Below, one piece after another: positions 1 to 13,842 of a DNA stretch of 64,000 bases. The DNA is from Adineta vaga. Lineage: Eukaryota > Animalia > Rotifera. The stretch is taken from the NCBI GenBank assembly GCA_021613535.1, contig CP075495.1, positions 11,966,001 to 12,030,000 on the forward strand. The letters are read 5' to 3'. Under the pieces are notes generated by a model that saw only the letters and a program-made list of their open reading frames with translations, was not told the DNA's origin and ran no database searches. The translations under genes were made by a program, and so were the position numbers. The first letter of the stretch is position 1. The number at the start of each line of letters is the position of its first letter.

Positions 1-52
1 AATATAAAAGTTCTTTTTCTTCAATACTTTGATGTATTATTGACATGTTAAG

Positions 53-1620
53 CAATGGCCTAATCTCAAATCTTTAGCTGATGCTTGTGAAGATGTAAGT
101 ATAGAAGATATTTTGTATCCCTAACTGTATTTTCTTTTGTTAGGATGTTCTCAAATGTTGGGCTGGTATTATTTTGTTAATATGAGTATCATCTTTTTTC
201 TTGTTGTTTTTCTTTTTCAAATAGGTCTTGGGTATTATAATCGAGCACGAAATTTGTATAAATGTGCTCAATTGGTAATAGAAATAGAGATGTTAGTTTT
301 GTAATATGAAAATACATTGTTTTAAATAGATTGTTAATGAATATAAAGGTGAATTTCCACAAGATTTAGAAGTGATGATAAATCGATTACCTGGTGTTGG
401 TCGATATACAGCTGGTGCTGTGAGTTCCATTGCATTTAGTCAAGTAATCTTCTCGATCCTATTTTATTTCAATAAACATACTTCAATTTTCTCGTTAGCC
501 AAATCCAATTCTGGATGGTAATGTTATTCGTGTCGTATCGCGATTACGATGTATTGGTGGTGATTTAAAGAAAAAATCTACAACAGATTTTCTCTGGTAT
601 TGAAACAGACCGATACATTCTCTTTATTTTAATCAATAAAATCGTTTCAGGTCATTAGCAACTGATCTTGTATGTCCAGATAGACCCGGTGATCTTAATC
701 AAAGTCTCATGGAATTAGGTGCTACAATATGTACACCTCAAAAACCAAAATGTACAGAATGTCCAATTCAAAATCAATGTTTATCATATCAACAACAAGT
801 AGTTTTTATCTTTAGAAATAAGTTTTACTTCATTATTTATTGTCTATAGATACATCAATCTATTAATGATATTGAACAATGTTCAACAAATTGTTTATTT
901 TGTTTGAAAAAAACTGATATTGATTCTAATCGTTCACTTGTTGAACATTATCCACGAAAAAAAACTAAAACTAAACAACGAGAAGAAACTTCATTGATTT
1001 TAATTCTTTATCGTATAAAACCCAAACTTGAATTTCTCATGTTTAAACAAAAACAATCAAATCTTCTAGCTGGTCTATGGTCTTTTTTTGATATAATTAC
1101 TCCAACAGATTTCGACCAAATGAATGAACGAAAACGAAAAACTTTTCTTATGGAAGAAATTCAACATATAACACTCAATATCGATAATATTAAATTAGCT
1201 GGACAAGTAATTCTCGATTCTCTTCATTCGATCATCGTTTTTCATTTTATTCCTTAGTGTCGTCATCTTTTTTCCCATATTGATAAACAATACATCATCT
1301 ACTATACACAATACGATCAAAATGATATTTCCATCTCAACAGCACAAGTACAATGGTTCACCGAAGAACAAGTTCAAGCGTCAGCCATATCTACAGCAAT
1401 GAAAAAAGTCTGAAAAGTACTTTTCTCTATAAAATAAATATAGAACAATTCTGTCTTTCAGGTATTTCATGTTGCCTTACCTCAAGTTAAATTACGAACA
1501 TCCAGCGGAAAAAAAGTACTTTTTTTTAACAATAACCTTTCTAACCATATCTATTCTATTTTTTGTTGTTGTTGTTAGAATGGAACTCTTGATAATTATT
1601 TCAAGAAAAAATCTTCATAA
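53..1620 (+). CDS. MUTYH: A/G-specific adenine DNA glycosylase (MutY homolog), multi-exon, 5'-partial
   Basis: Spliced exons give WPNLKSLA..., [13 protein letters not shown], the HhH motif [46 protein letters not shown], the [4Fe-4S] loop [17 protein letters not shown], a Cys-rich linker (CSTNCLFC), a NUDIX-like part ([15 protein letters not shown]) and a PIP-box-like end [13 protein letters not shown]. Short GT-AG introns. Confidence 0.95.
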
Positions 1621-2254
1621 TTATCGAAAATATATTCATCAAATCTATTGTTTATTATTAACCTTGATTTTCTTCTCTCAATGTCATATCTATTTTTTGC
1701 ATTTTTATCTTCTTATATTAATTATATTGTCAATAATAAGTCGGATTTTCTTATATGAAACAAGAAAGAACATGAAATCTCATTAAAGTATTGAATAAAA
1801 TATTTATTAAAATGATGAAAAAAGAACTCTATCATAAACTAAATGACCTTCTTTCGAAAAGTATATTAAACATTCTCTCAAGAAAAGTTTATTTTTAAGC
1901 TTTAATACGCACACAGTATGATATTGTATAATTTATTGCTATTAATCATTTTTCTTCGAAGGCAAACCTTGAATAACAAAGTTAAATTAATAGATTTTCT
2001 TAAGTGATCGAAAAGAAAATCTAATTATCTTCCTCTTATGTAGAGATTTGCTTCTATAGAATTAATTTACTAGCAAAATTCTTCGTATATTATAGTTTTA
2101 TATTTGCAAAAGAAAAAGAATTCAAACGAAAGGAATGTATATGAATACATTACACAAATACAGACAAAGACTAGAATAAACAAGAATAGATTTTCTATGT
2201 GCACACGTATTTATATATATGTAAAAAGATTTTAATTTGCTTTATGAAGAAATT

Positions 2255-4890
2255 TTACGGTGATAAATGATCATTTAATGGCGATTGAGAATTTGAATCA
2301 TCACCATGACTTGATTCATCATGATTTAAAATCGGTTCTTGTTTAACAAAACGTTTTGGTGAACTATTTCCATTGATATTATTTGCAAATGGTACCATAC
2401 GACTCATTATAGCACGATAGGCAGCCATTTGAGGATCTAATAGTGATGCAGGCGTATCAAAACAATCAATATCTACAAGTGATACAGAAGATTTCTGTTG
2501 TTGATAATGATGACGGATATGTATATCATCATCACCATTGATATTTTCATAATCATTCATTAACATTGTTGATGGATGATTATTACTGTTATTATTTGAT
2601 ATATTCAGAGGTATGGAATCTTCTTGTGATGATACTAGAATGAAAGAAAATGGAGATTGATTTTTATTTGATAAATACTGAATAGTATTATACCTCGTTG
2701 ACTTTTCGCCATTTTTCGTTTATTTTGAAACCAATGTGTAACAATAGCATCAGTGACACGATCACGTTCATTTAATAATTCATTTGTTCCATCAGTACGA
2801 CTTCGTGCTTCATTACAGATACGAGCTAGATCTTCACGTCGACGTGGATCAGGATATGGATTATCAATGAAAGCTTTTTCGAGAATCTAAATATGATGAA
2901 AAATTCTCGTCTATTTTTCTTTCTTTCTTTCAGAATGATTTTGTTTTACATCAAGATGTTCAGGTCGAAAAGTAAATCGAGTACGTTTCGGTGCATCGAA
3001 TGAAACAGGTGATAAGTTATTATTTGATTGTGATTCAGCAAGACGAGGCACTTTCGTTGGTGGTTCACATGATGATGTTAAACTAGCAAGTAATTCACTT
3101 GATGGTTGTGTACCACCTAAATACAAAATTCATATTTTCTATCAATTTAACTAATCAAAAAGAGAAGTCTTTAACAAGAAAAAGAAAAAGAAAGATGATA
3201 TTATTTCCTTCATTTAAATATGTAATGAACGTGTTTAAAATCGCTTTTTATTGCTTCATATATTCATAAATTGCTAATTAAAAACAAATTCGATTCATAA
3301 TGTACATATGATCAGTTAAAGATAAATATTCATATTTTCTTCTCATTTAATGATCACTTATGTTCGCCTTATCGATCGAATAAATATTTAATGAGAAAAA
3401 TAATTGATTACAATGGATATATTTCTTTTATATTTACCCATTGATTGAACAATTTTTTTATATCGTATATACCATCGACATATAGCCATACGACCATTTT
3501 CTGATAAATCAAATAAATCACCACGTAAAAATTTCGATACATAAGCTTGATTGACAGCTGAAATCAAAAGAAAGATTTTAATCGAAATGTCATTCTTTAA
3601 AAAACTATCTTTTCTAACCTGCCATTCGAGCGATTTGTGATTGTTTAAGATCATAACGATAGACGAAAACAGAGATTTCATTGTGAATTGCAGAGTCACC
3701 TTTTCTATTAATAAATAAATTCTTCACTTTCATAATCAAATCTATTATAAATATTGTTGAATTATTTTAAAATGTCAACTAGTACACTGCTTGCTTATAA
3801 ATTCCGTCTCGTTTGTTCAACACTATGATCTACTTATCATTTGAGTTTCATAAAATATTATTGAAATTTCAATTATTAAAAAACTCATTAAATAAATCTA
3901 TTTATTCTTTTCCTTTGTTAGACGTACGAGAAAAGATTATTTGAATCTTTTTTTTATTCAACATACGCTAGTAATTCTTGTAGTTCTCGAGCTTCTTCTT
4001 CAAGATCAGTTTGGGTTATTGTTTCATGTTGATTATTTAATGTAGTTGAATTTGTTTCATTAATACTAGTTTTCGTTGCTCGTAAATTAACATTCGATGA
4101 TGTCGAATGATGAATCTGTGATGAATGATAACCATTCGTCGATCTATTTGGTGTTAATCCATTAGTAATTTGACTATGAGTTCGTTTATTATTAGTATTA
4201 TTATTATTTGCTATCGATATTGATGACGGTGGAGATGTTTGTTGGGAATTTATTATAGATGGTGATACCGGATCAGTTAAGGAAACAAAAGTTGATGAAG
4301 ATGAATTATTAATAGAATAAGACGGAGGAGGTGCACTACTAAATAAATTTCCAAGTTCACGATCTAGTCGATCAAGTTCATCATAAGCTCGAATAATTTG
4401 TGTTTTGGTTAGATGACTATTACGTAAACGTCGTAGTAATTCCCACTGTTCAACAGATAACTGTAATGATGCTGGTGTTGTTAATGTTGATGCTGATGAT
4501 GATGATAACCCATCTCGACTATTCGATGATGCTTCCATCGTCATCATACAATATCTAGAAATGTCTAGAAATAGCAAGAAATATGATTTTTGTATTAAAG
4601 TAATCGGCGATTAACATGAATATGAGCTTCGTTTATTCGCACTTGATTTGCATATTCGAATATACATACATATATATGTATATATATCCGGTGAGAGTGA
4701 GAGTTATGTGAGAAGAGAGAAACGAAAGAGAGATAGGCCAAGTTTAATTGCCACTTCATATATAGATCTAATCGTATTGGCACGGACGTTTATATATACA
4801 TATTAGAATCAAAAAGTAATCTACTTTGGTTCGCTTACCTTGATTACTCGGAATTTTTTGTCTATCAATACTTCTCTCATCTTGTTCCAT
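2255..4890 (-). CDS. HMBOX1: HMBOX1/HNF1-class homeobox protein (about 7 exons)
   Basis: N-terminal LSVEQWELLRRLRNSHLTKTQIIRAYDELDRLD; POU-like IARMAGVNQAYVSKFLRG...ICRWY; atypical homeodomain KRTRFTFRPEHLDILEKAFIDNPYPDPRRREDLARICN...VTHWFQNKRK with the HNF1-type insertion. The putative first exon 4890-4839 (MEQDERS...) splices in phase to 4564. Confidence 0.85.
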
Positions 4891-7800
4891 TGAAGTAAAA
4901 AAAATCAAATGCTTTTTTCTTTCTCTTTCTCTGCTTTTTTTTGTCAATGAAAAAAAGAAATAATAATTAAAAGGAGATTAACGGGTTCTTCACGTTTTAT
5001 ATGTTACTTTTACCTTTCATTGATCATATCAAAACCGATCTCTAATGAAGAAATAAGAGAGAAAAAAATTGTATGAAATAGGAATCAACTAATTATCCTG
5101 AGTTTTAATCATCTATGAGCAGAAAAAAACTTCGATCGTATGTTTTCTCTCTCTTTTCTTCTCCTCTCTTCTCGAGTTGCCCTGATAATATATTCGAAAA
5201 ATGAAAACGAACAAGACGAAGAAGTGAATTTCTTCTTATTCTTCTTCTTCCTCTCTTTTCCTGTATATTCACTTCTTAGTGATTGTATATATATATGCGC
5301 GCGCCAATGCCTAAGAGTGAGCGATGGTTAAGGAAAAAAAAGAGAACAAACTGAATAAAGATATGTATAATGTCACCCATATAGTTAAACTATCTTTGTT
5401 TATTCTTGTCCAATAGTATGAATTGAATGATTAGAAGACTACTATGTATGTATATATGTAAGTCTTTCTTGTATGGAAAAAGTAATATTACCCAAAGAGA
5501 GGGAGAAAAGAGACTATTCTCGAAAATAATATTATTATTATTATATTAACAGCAATGATGAAAATAGTTGTTGCTTTAGAAGAGAACGAATGAAAAGAAC
5601 AGAAAGAAAAAGAAGAAGAAGAAGAAAAAGAAAGGGAATGAGAAGATGTCTAATAAATCAGACGGAGAGTTTCGGTCGAGCTGGCGGGCAGTTTTTTCTT
5701 CGTTGTCGTTAACTATCTCTAGTCATCGTCGCTGTCGACCGAGAGTAAAGAAAGAACGAAACAATTGGTGATGGCGCTATACTTTTTTGTTCTATATAAT
5801 GTGCTCTTGTCCTATAGTCATAACCAATGAATAATTAGGGAAAATGACTTGAATATAGACGGAAGATGTCAAATAAATATTTCTAATTCAATAGAAAAGA
5901 AAAAGAGAAAATTTTATATACAATAAATTTCTTTTCTTCAATTATCAAATCTAATGAGACCTATTTCAAACATTTCTCTCTATGTGCATATATATATATC
6001 GATAAAATCTCATAATAAACTCATTGACATAAGAAATATATTTAATAAAAATGTGCCCGACTACTTAAATTAAGAGTTGTTAAGAGAACTTAATGTTAAT
6101 CATTGAACCATGAAAACAAAAGAAACATCTCGCTTCTTCTCATCAACATTATTCATTGAATTTCAAAAAAAGAAAAGAAAACCGAAATTTTCATTTATCG
6201 CTTGATGAACACTGAAGAGTTGTGTAAACAGTGCCATTTTATTCTTCAATTGAATTATCAAAGAAAAATATTCAAGAAAAATTTCAATATTGAATTATAA
6301 TGAATGAAAAAAAATGTAAATCATGACAGATTATATATTGTTTTTTTTCTGTTAAATTAAAGAATTATTTGAATATAGGAAACTAGAAAATGTAAAGAAA
6401 CTTTTCTTTTCTTCTTTTTATACTACATATAGAATAATCATGAAAATTGTCAATGAAATATTTAGTATAAAATTATAACACGTGTCTGACATATAGTTTA
6501 ACTTGAGTTCTTATTTCAATAAATGTAGTGAATATGATGTTTGATTGCCAACAGCTGGCAGAAAAACTGTTTTCTCTTCTTTTCTTTGATCGATATTTTC
6601 ATAAGTAACAGGAGAACAATGACATATCATTGATATTAGTATCAAAATGTCGGAAAATAGAGCTTAACGACTTCAATATTTTCACTGATATTTATATTGT
6701 TAATTGAAGTAAAGAGAGAATTTAGCATATGATTAATAATTTGATTATTATTAATACTAAAGAAAGAAAATGTGTTTTTAATTACTTTCAGACCAGGGAT
6801 TTTGTTCTTCTATTGAGATAATAAGGTTCAATTTTCTTCATTCTAATTTTAGTAAAAACTAATCATTTTTTTTTCAATTAAAAATATTTAACAAGTTTAA
6901 GAGACATGATTTTTAATTGCTTATATTATAAGAATATTTTAGTTTTTTTTTACTCAAGAAGAATGTTCTACCTTTTTCACCTTTTGAAATACATTAAATT
7001 GTTAATGAATAATTCTCAAGAGGATCATATTAAATATGAAAGTAGAAACAAGTTCTTTTTCAAATTGAGAAAAAGAAAAGTAATCATTTTTTAGTTCTCA
7101 AATTGGCGAATACAGTTGGAGGATACTAAAACAAGTACTTGTCTATTCTATAAACCAATAATCACGACATTTATTGAAAATCTTTTCTTGACGTCTGCCT
7201 GAAAAACAAATATCCTTCATTAACTGTCTTATAGTAATGCACTCCAGGAGAAAATCGGTTTCATCAAGTGGAAATAAATGATATACACAATTACAGATGT
7301 TCTTCGTTCGAATATGATTATAGTATGTTGTCTATTATGATCAGACAGAAGACATCAAGCAATACTTATGTGTGTATACATATAATTTAGCAGAGTAAAA
7401 TTAGTTGATGCTGAGAATAATTGGAAAAGAGGATGGCTTTTTTCTACGAAGAGAACAAAGAAAGCTTAAATGTAATTTTTTGAATTTATGTGTATGTGAA
7501 ATATTTATAATATTTATTGAAAAATGAAAAATCATGAATCAATGCATTTTTGTTAGTTGTTGATTATCGTTTTCTAGTCATATTTGTTTGGGAGAGTTAT
7601 GATCATTAAACGCGACATGTGCAACACGTTTATGAAAGAGATTCATACTTTCTTATAGACATTCGAAAAGAAAATTATGATTTAGTCAATCTCTTTGTAT
7701 TTCTTCGCACAGCGCGGATATCGATTAATCACTTTTCATGTTGTAAATGTCCGCGATTATCGTTTTTTTTACTTTCTTCTCTCTACATTTCTACATAAAC

Positions 7801-7971
7801 ATGTTTCTTCATAAAATAAACATAGAGAGCGACGTGTGACACATTTGTCTGCTGTATCTCGAGGGTCACATAAAGAAAGTTCACATATCGGTCTATGCAT
7901 TCTCTAGTATTATCATCAGTCACCTATCTATATAAATCACTAGTACCTCTCCGTTTTATTCACATAAGACG

Positions 7972-8626
7972 ATGACTTCTTATCTGCTTCTTGTTGTTAG
8001 TGCATTACTTTTGACTATTCAAATTATTCATGGATATCCAAGTGGTGCTCCGAAAAAGGTATGCACAGGTTCAATGTTGCCTCATCATCGTCATTATACA
8101 CCACAGCCACTTGCAAAAAGTCCAATAACAAAATTCAATTCAACATGGAATTCTGATGATGAAACAATATCTGGTAGAAAGATTAATCTTCTATTCAAGT
8201 ATAGATTATTTCAAACTTCTTCTTTTTAGTAATTATTGAATCCAAAGAAAACATAAAAGGAATATTTATTCAAGGTAGAAAACTGAATGGTGATGAACCA
8301 CTTGGTACTTTTATTGATATTCCATCAAGTACACATCTTGTTCAATGTCCAACTGTATGTAGAGAAAAAGATTTTTTGTGTTTTTCTTTTAATTCAAGAA
8401 TGTATCTTAGGGTGATGGTTTAACACATAGTTCACGTCAACAATGGTCACAATTGAAATTAAAATGGAAAAAACCATCATCAATGAAAGCAAAAGAAACT
8501 GTTCAATTTTGGTAAATATTTTCTTGGTTGAAAATAGAGATTGCTTCTAAAATGATTTTGTTTATACATTGCAGGGCAACAATTGTGGTTGATTTCGAAC
8601 ATTTTTGGGTCTTGAAAAGCATTTAA
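7972..8626 (+). CDS. Secreted reeler-domain (defense-protein-like) protein, 4 exons
   Basis: Signal peptide then YPSGAP..C..MLPHH, KGIFIQGR, PLGTF, C..GDGLTHSS, LKWKKP, VQFWATIVVDFEHFW*. TATATAAA lies about 35 nt upstream. Confidence 0.85.
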
Positions 8627-9631
8627 TAGTTTTATTTAATTGTTCAAATGTGTGATTTTTATTAAATTTTCTGTCCTTTCAAATACAATAAACTATTCAA
8701 CAATATATTAATTAAAATAAATTTTCTTTATTTCTTGATCGATGTTTCTTTCTTTCTTGAAATGCAACAAATCAAATTTACTGAATTGCTAGTTGACGTC
8801 TATAATAAAAGAAAACAATACTATAAGTCGTTTGTTTTTTGTTCAAATTATTCACTTCTTTTCTTTGATGTTTATCATTTAATAATTCTTTGTCTAAATC
8901 AAATAAGATTTTACGATTTGATGGTACCGAAGGAACTGATGTTAACCACCATGTTGTGTAGTACAATAAATCAGTTGGTTGGTAATCAAATTTCACCGAC
9001 ATTTTCATCTACGTCGATAGTTTTAAGAAAATCATATGTTATATTTTATTTTATTAAAATAAAAAAAACTAACTACTGATATTTATATAGTTCCATGTTA
9101 AAAATCATCATCATCTGGCGTTAATGGGACGTGCTTATGAATTCATTGACTAGTTTTTTTATAATTAGCAAGATAAGTAGTGTGTTATTTCTTTTTTTTT
9201 GTTTTTTTGAATAAAATAATATGAAATATATATCCTCAGATGTTTTTTCTACGCCATTTCAAATTGCGTTGTTTATTAATGAAAAACAAAGAAAGTTTTA
9301 AAACATGATTGTTATGTATATGATTTCATATAAGATCATACAATGAAATATTTGTTGATAAATAGAAATTTAAGAATGTATTTAATTAGAATAGATTGAT
9401 ATTCTTTCGATAGTTTGTCTTTTAATAATCTGATATTTTACAAATAGTATTTAATCAATATCGGAAATTGCATACAGTTTTCTACTCTTATTCAACGAAT
9501 TTTTAACTATCTTTTGAAAATATTGATATATCAACAAGACAGAAAAACATTCATGAGATAATTAACAACTGTTGATAGAATTTCTTTTTAAGAAGAAAAA
9601 TTCTTTTGAATACATTCATTCATTCATTCCC

Positions 9632-10609
9632 ATGTCTTCGGATATTCTAGTAAAACGATTTATAAAATTTAGTTTATTACTTCTCTTTGCGATTCCATCA
9701 ACGTGTTGTTCTATTTATATTATCTATAGTTCAATTCGATATTCACTTCTACGTCGATATTTCTATTATCAAATATTAATTTTAATTAATCTTCTCGTTT
9801 TATTAAATATAATTCTCAATGTATCTGTTTCATTGAGGTATATGTTTTGATTTGTTTTCGAAATAAATTTCTTCTTCTTTTTCATCAATAGTTATTATGC
9901 TCGTGGTTATATTCAACCTCAAACGAAACATTTTTGTCGTTATTGGGAATATATTGATTATATAACAAGTGGCTGTGTGATTTGGTGCAATGCTATACTT
10001 ACCATTCAACGATATTTACTTGTTTTTCATCCACATTATCTTCGGTCTAAACGACAAAAAGTTTTCTTACATTATTTACCAATTATTTTATCAAACTTTT
10101 ATATCATTATGTTTTATGCATGTGTCATATGGATTGTGCCATGTAATGCTGTTAACGATTATACTGCAAATTTATGTGGTGAAGGATGCATTGAAGATGT
10201 ACCAAGTTTATCAACATTTAATTGGTTTTTTAATATTTTATTTCCAGTATTTACTGTCATCTTCGGTTCATGTATATTACTTGTACGAGTCTTGTGGACT
10301 CGAAGAAAGATGCAGAGAAATTTGAGAAATTGGTCGAAAAATTGGAAAATGATTGTCCAATTATTAGGAATTGCAATTGTTTATAGTCTTGTTTGGTTAC
10401 CACTCTCAGCTGTATCGGTGATAAATATATTCAAGAAAGATGATTATCTTGATATGATTGGCGATGAGTATTTATACTATGTAACTTATTTAGCTGATAT
10501 GTGTATACCTATTGTTGCATTGATTGTTTCACCAGAAATTAATGGTCGTTTACGTCGACAAATACGACCCACTGTAGCGACTAGTATTGCATCTAGAGAC
10601 ACTGTTTAA
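9632..10609 (+). CDS. Rhodopsin-like 7TM GPCR, 2 exons
   Basis: Seven hydrophobic segments; FCRYW at the start of TM3 and TIQRY as a DRY variant; WLP in TM6; intron about 9838-9890. Confidence 0.8.
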
Positions 10610-11298
10610 TAAGAACAACGAACCATTGACTTTTGTTTTTATAAATTCAATACAGATTTTTTCGATAGGAGTTTCATAAATGATAAATTCGAATAGCTGT
10701 CTTAAATATATGTCTGTGTCTCTTATATGCTACCGGTCAGTCAAGCGTAATTAAGTATCTATGATTTTGTAGTTAGTTAAAATAACTTTGTTTCATATAT
10801 TTATTGTTTTGACACTTTTTTTTATTATAATCGCATAATACAAAGCTCAATCGTGTCAAATAAAGTTAAGTAAATGAAATTATTATATCCTACTATTTCC
10901 AATTTAGACCTTTTACTATTTGATCTCATGGATACGGGGAAATGTTGTATTCTATACGAAAATAGAAAAAAATCATTCTTGCTTGCGTTCAGATATGGTC
11001 AATCAACTGTATATATGTGATCTAGTCTATTGCATACGAACAATCCTCTAGATTGGCTATATATATATATATTATATGTTTATCTACACGAAAGAACAGA
11101 AAAAAGGTTTTTCATTCTGCTTGTCCTCAGTCCAAAGACGGCGGTAGTAACGAGATGAAAGAAAAAGCGTTTTAACGTACAAAAATATCCAGAAGAGAAT
11201 ACTATAAATATCTGTTTTTTTCCTATTTTTCATTCTAAAAAAACAAAATAATATAGTGTCCATTTGAAAGTTTATTTCTTTACAGAAAGAAGATACAT

Positions 11299-12746
11299 AT
11301 GAATCAAGTAAATAAGAAACGAATAGCTATTATTGGTGCTGGACCAAGTGGTTTATCGCAATTACTTGCTTTCAAACAAGCGGAACAAGAACAACGTGTT
11401 GAACTTGTTTGTTTCGAACGACAAGCTGAATGGGGTGGATTATGGCAATACACTGCCTTGACTGGTACAGATTCGTGTGGTGAACCAATTCATTCAAGCA
11501 TGTATCGACAGTAAGTCTTTCCACATCATGGTATGACGAAATAAAATACGATTACACATTTCTTAGTCTTTGGTCTAATGGTCCAAAAGAAGTTTTAGAA
11601 TATGTAGATTATACATTTGAACAACATTTTGGTATACCTATTCCATCGTATCCACCACGTGCTGTTATATACGATTATATAGTAGGTCGAGCTAACGCTG
11701 GTGATATTCGTAAATTTGTTCGTTTTCGAACAGCTGTTCGTTATGTTGATTTTGATGAGAATACAAAACAATTTTCTGTCACTATTGAAGATCTTCTGAC
11801 AATGAAAGTAATAAAAAATCTCTTATTCGATCATGCCATTATTGCTACAGGACATTATACAATTCCAAATATGCCTGAATTTGAAGGCATCGATGCATTT
11901 CCAGGACGAGTTTTACATTCACATGATTACCGTGGAGCTGACGAATTTGTCGATAAAAATTTATTAGTCATTGGTGGTAGTTATTCTGCTGAAGATATCG
12001 CTATGCAATGTTACAAATTTGGTGCTCGTTCAATTACAATTAGTTATCGTTCATTTCCAATGAGTTTTAAATGGCCAGAGAACATAAAAGAAGTTCCTTT
12101 AGTACGAAAAATCAAAGGACATACAGCGTATTTTAAAGATGGAACAAGTGTTGATAATATTGATTGTATTATTCTATGTACTGGTTATCGACATGATCAT
12201 CCTTATATGGTTGAAAAACTTCGCTTTAGTTGTACAAGCAATTTTTATATCCCATTTCAACTTTATAAAGGTATATTCTGGTCAACTGAACCTCGTCTTG
12301 CTTATTTAGGTATGCAAAATCAATTATATACATTAAATATGTTCGATATTCAAGCTGCATTAGTACGTGATGTTTTTCTTGGATATGTTACATTACCAGA
12401 TGATAACGAAGAAAAACGTCATGAAAATATTCGTCAATGGCAAAAACGTGAACAAACAATTACATTAGATAATCATGAAGGTTTCAGTGATCTTCAAACC
12501 GATTATTTACATGATATTATTGATTGTTGTGATCAAAGTACAGTACCAAAATTTGATCTTGAAAACAGTAATGCTGGCATGTATAAATTCTTTCGTGATA
12601 AACGAGATAACATTTTAACGTATCGTGATCAACCATTTCCATCAATATTTCCACCATTTAAAGACGCACCTCTATGTCGAACAGCATGGATTAAAAATAT
12701 GCATGATTCAATCGAAGGATACCTTTCATTGATTAAAACTGACTGA
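11299..12746 (+). CDS. Flavin-containing monooxygenase of bacterial trimethylamine monooxygenase (Tmm/mFMO) type; one intron 11511-11566
   Basis: FAD motif GAGPSG; [33 protein letters not shown]; FMO motif [11 protein letters not shown]; NADP motif GGSYSAEDI; LCTGY. Collinear over its whole length with the recalled Methylophaga mFMO sequence, and lacks the C-terminal TM anchor of animal FMOs. Confidence 0.93.
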
Positions 12747-13842
12747 AAACTGTTCAAGAAAGTTACGTTTAATTATCTTAGAAATAAATATTCATTATTG
12801 ACATATTCTAATTTAGTATCAAGTTTATTTTTATGAATTTATATTAAAATGAAATAAAGAATAAGACTACAGAAAAATAAGTTATCTGACATGAAAAGAA
12901 GAAAAAAAAAGGTGATCGTTTGATATTATCTAACATTTATCTAGAAACCAATCGTTAATATTTTCATACCAAATCCGTTGTTTATTTGTATTTAATCGAT
13001 AACATAATTCACAAAATCGATATGGATCAAGATCTTGCGCCAAATGATATACATCATAATAACCAAATTTGATCAGAATTTCTTTTCAATGTATCAAGCT
13101 TTTGATGATCTAAATCTTGTTTATGCATTAAAAGTACTTGAGCTTGATTTTCATATGTTCGATTACAGGTATATTTACTGAAAGAATAAAACAATATGAT
13201 TCTATCGAGAATACATACAACTATGAACTTACCAATTTGTATATGGACATGTTTTACCAAATATTTGTTCATTTGTATGTGAACAAAATCTTGGTTTATC
13301 AAAAACATTAGTATATTCAAGGATCAAATGAGTTCTCAGTGTTTTGTTATTTTCAATTAATGGTAACACAATTTTCTGTTGTTTATTTGCAGCATTAGCA
13401 TCATCGATAAATTTTAATTCATCTTTTTTTGAAAAATAATAATTTATACTTGTATTGATAGTTTTAGTATTGAGAACATCTGTTGGATACATGACATCCG
13501 TATCGGGTATTTCTAATAGATTTGGATTTATAGCTGATGATATCATAGACATAACATTGATTTGAATAAACATGACAAAAGTTATCATAAAGAGTAAACC
13601 AAATAATGGCCATTTAAAATGAAACATATAATGACGACAGGTAAGATCATTATTTTTTCGTGAATGAACACGTTTTTCCATTTTGGAAGAAAAAACGTTG
13701 ATGGATTTGTCTAGAAATATTATCGAATCGATTTAGTAAATGATATAAAATGAAATCTGTCATCTTTGATAAAATATATATGTGTACTATGTAATTGCTC
13801 TTATATATATATATATAATTCGTCAAACTTATTCATGCTCGT
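12618..13842. repeat. Direct repeat copy 1 (FMO 3' end + fucosyltransferase locus, internally deleted)
   Basis: Near-identical to 18608-20511 apart from scattered substitutions, small indels and a 687-bp deletion. Confidence 0.95.
12930..13681 (-). pseudogene. Alpha-1,3-fucosyltransferase (GT10) pseudogene, duplicate of 18919-20357
   Basis: Same N-terminus (MEKRVHSRKNND...). The deletion junction at CATAATAAC (13055-13063) removes the catalytic core and creates QIWLL* at 13054. Confidence 0.92.

Noticed and set aside
8710-9150. Minus-strand ORF 8778-9008 (KFDYQPTDLLYYTTWWL...)
   Set aside because: Looks partly exon-like, but I could not build a consistent gene model or recognise a family.
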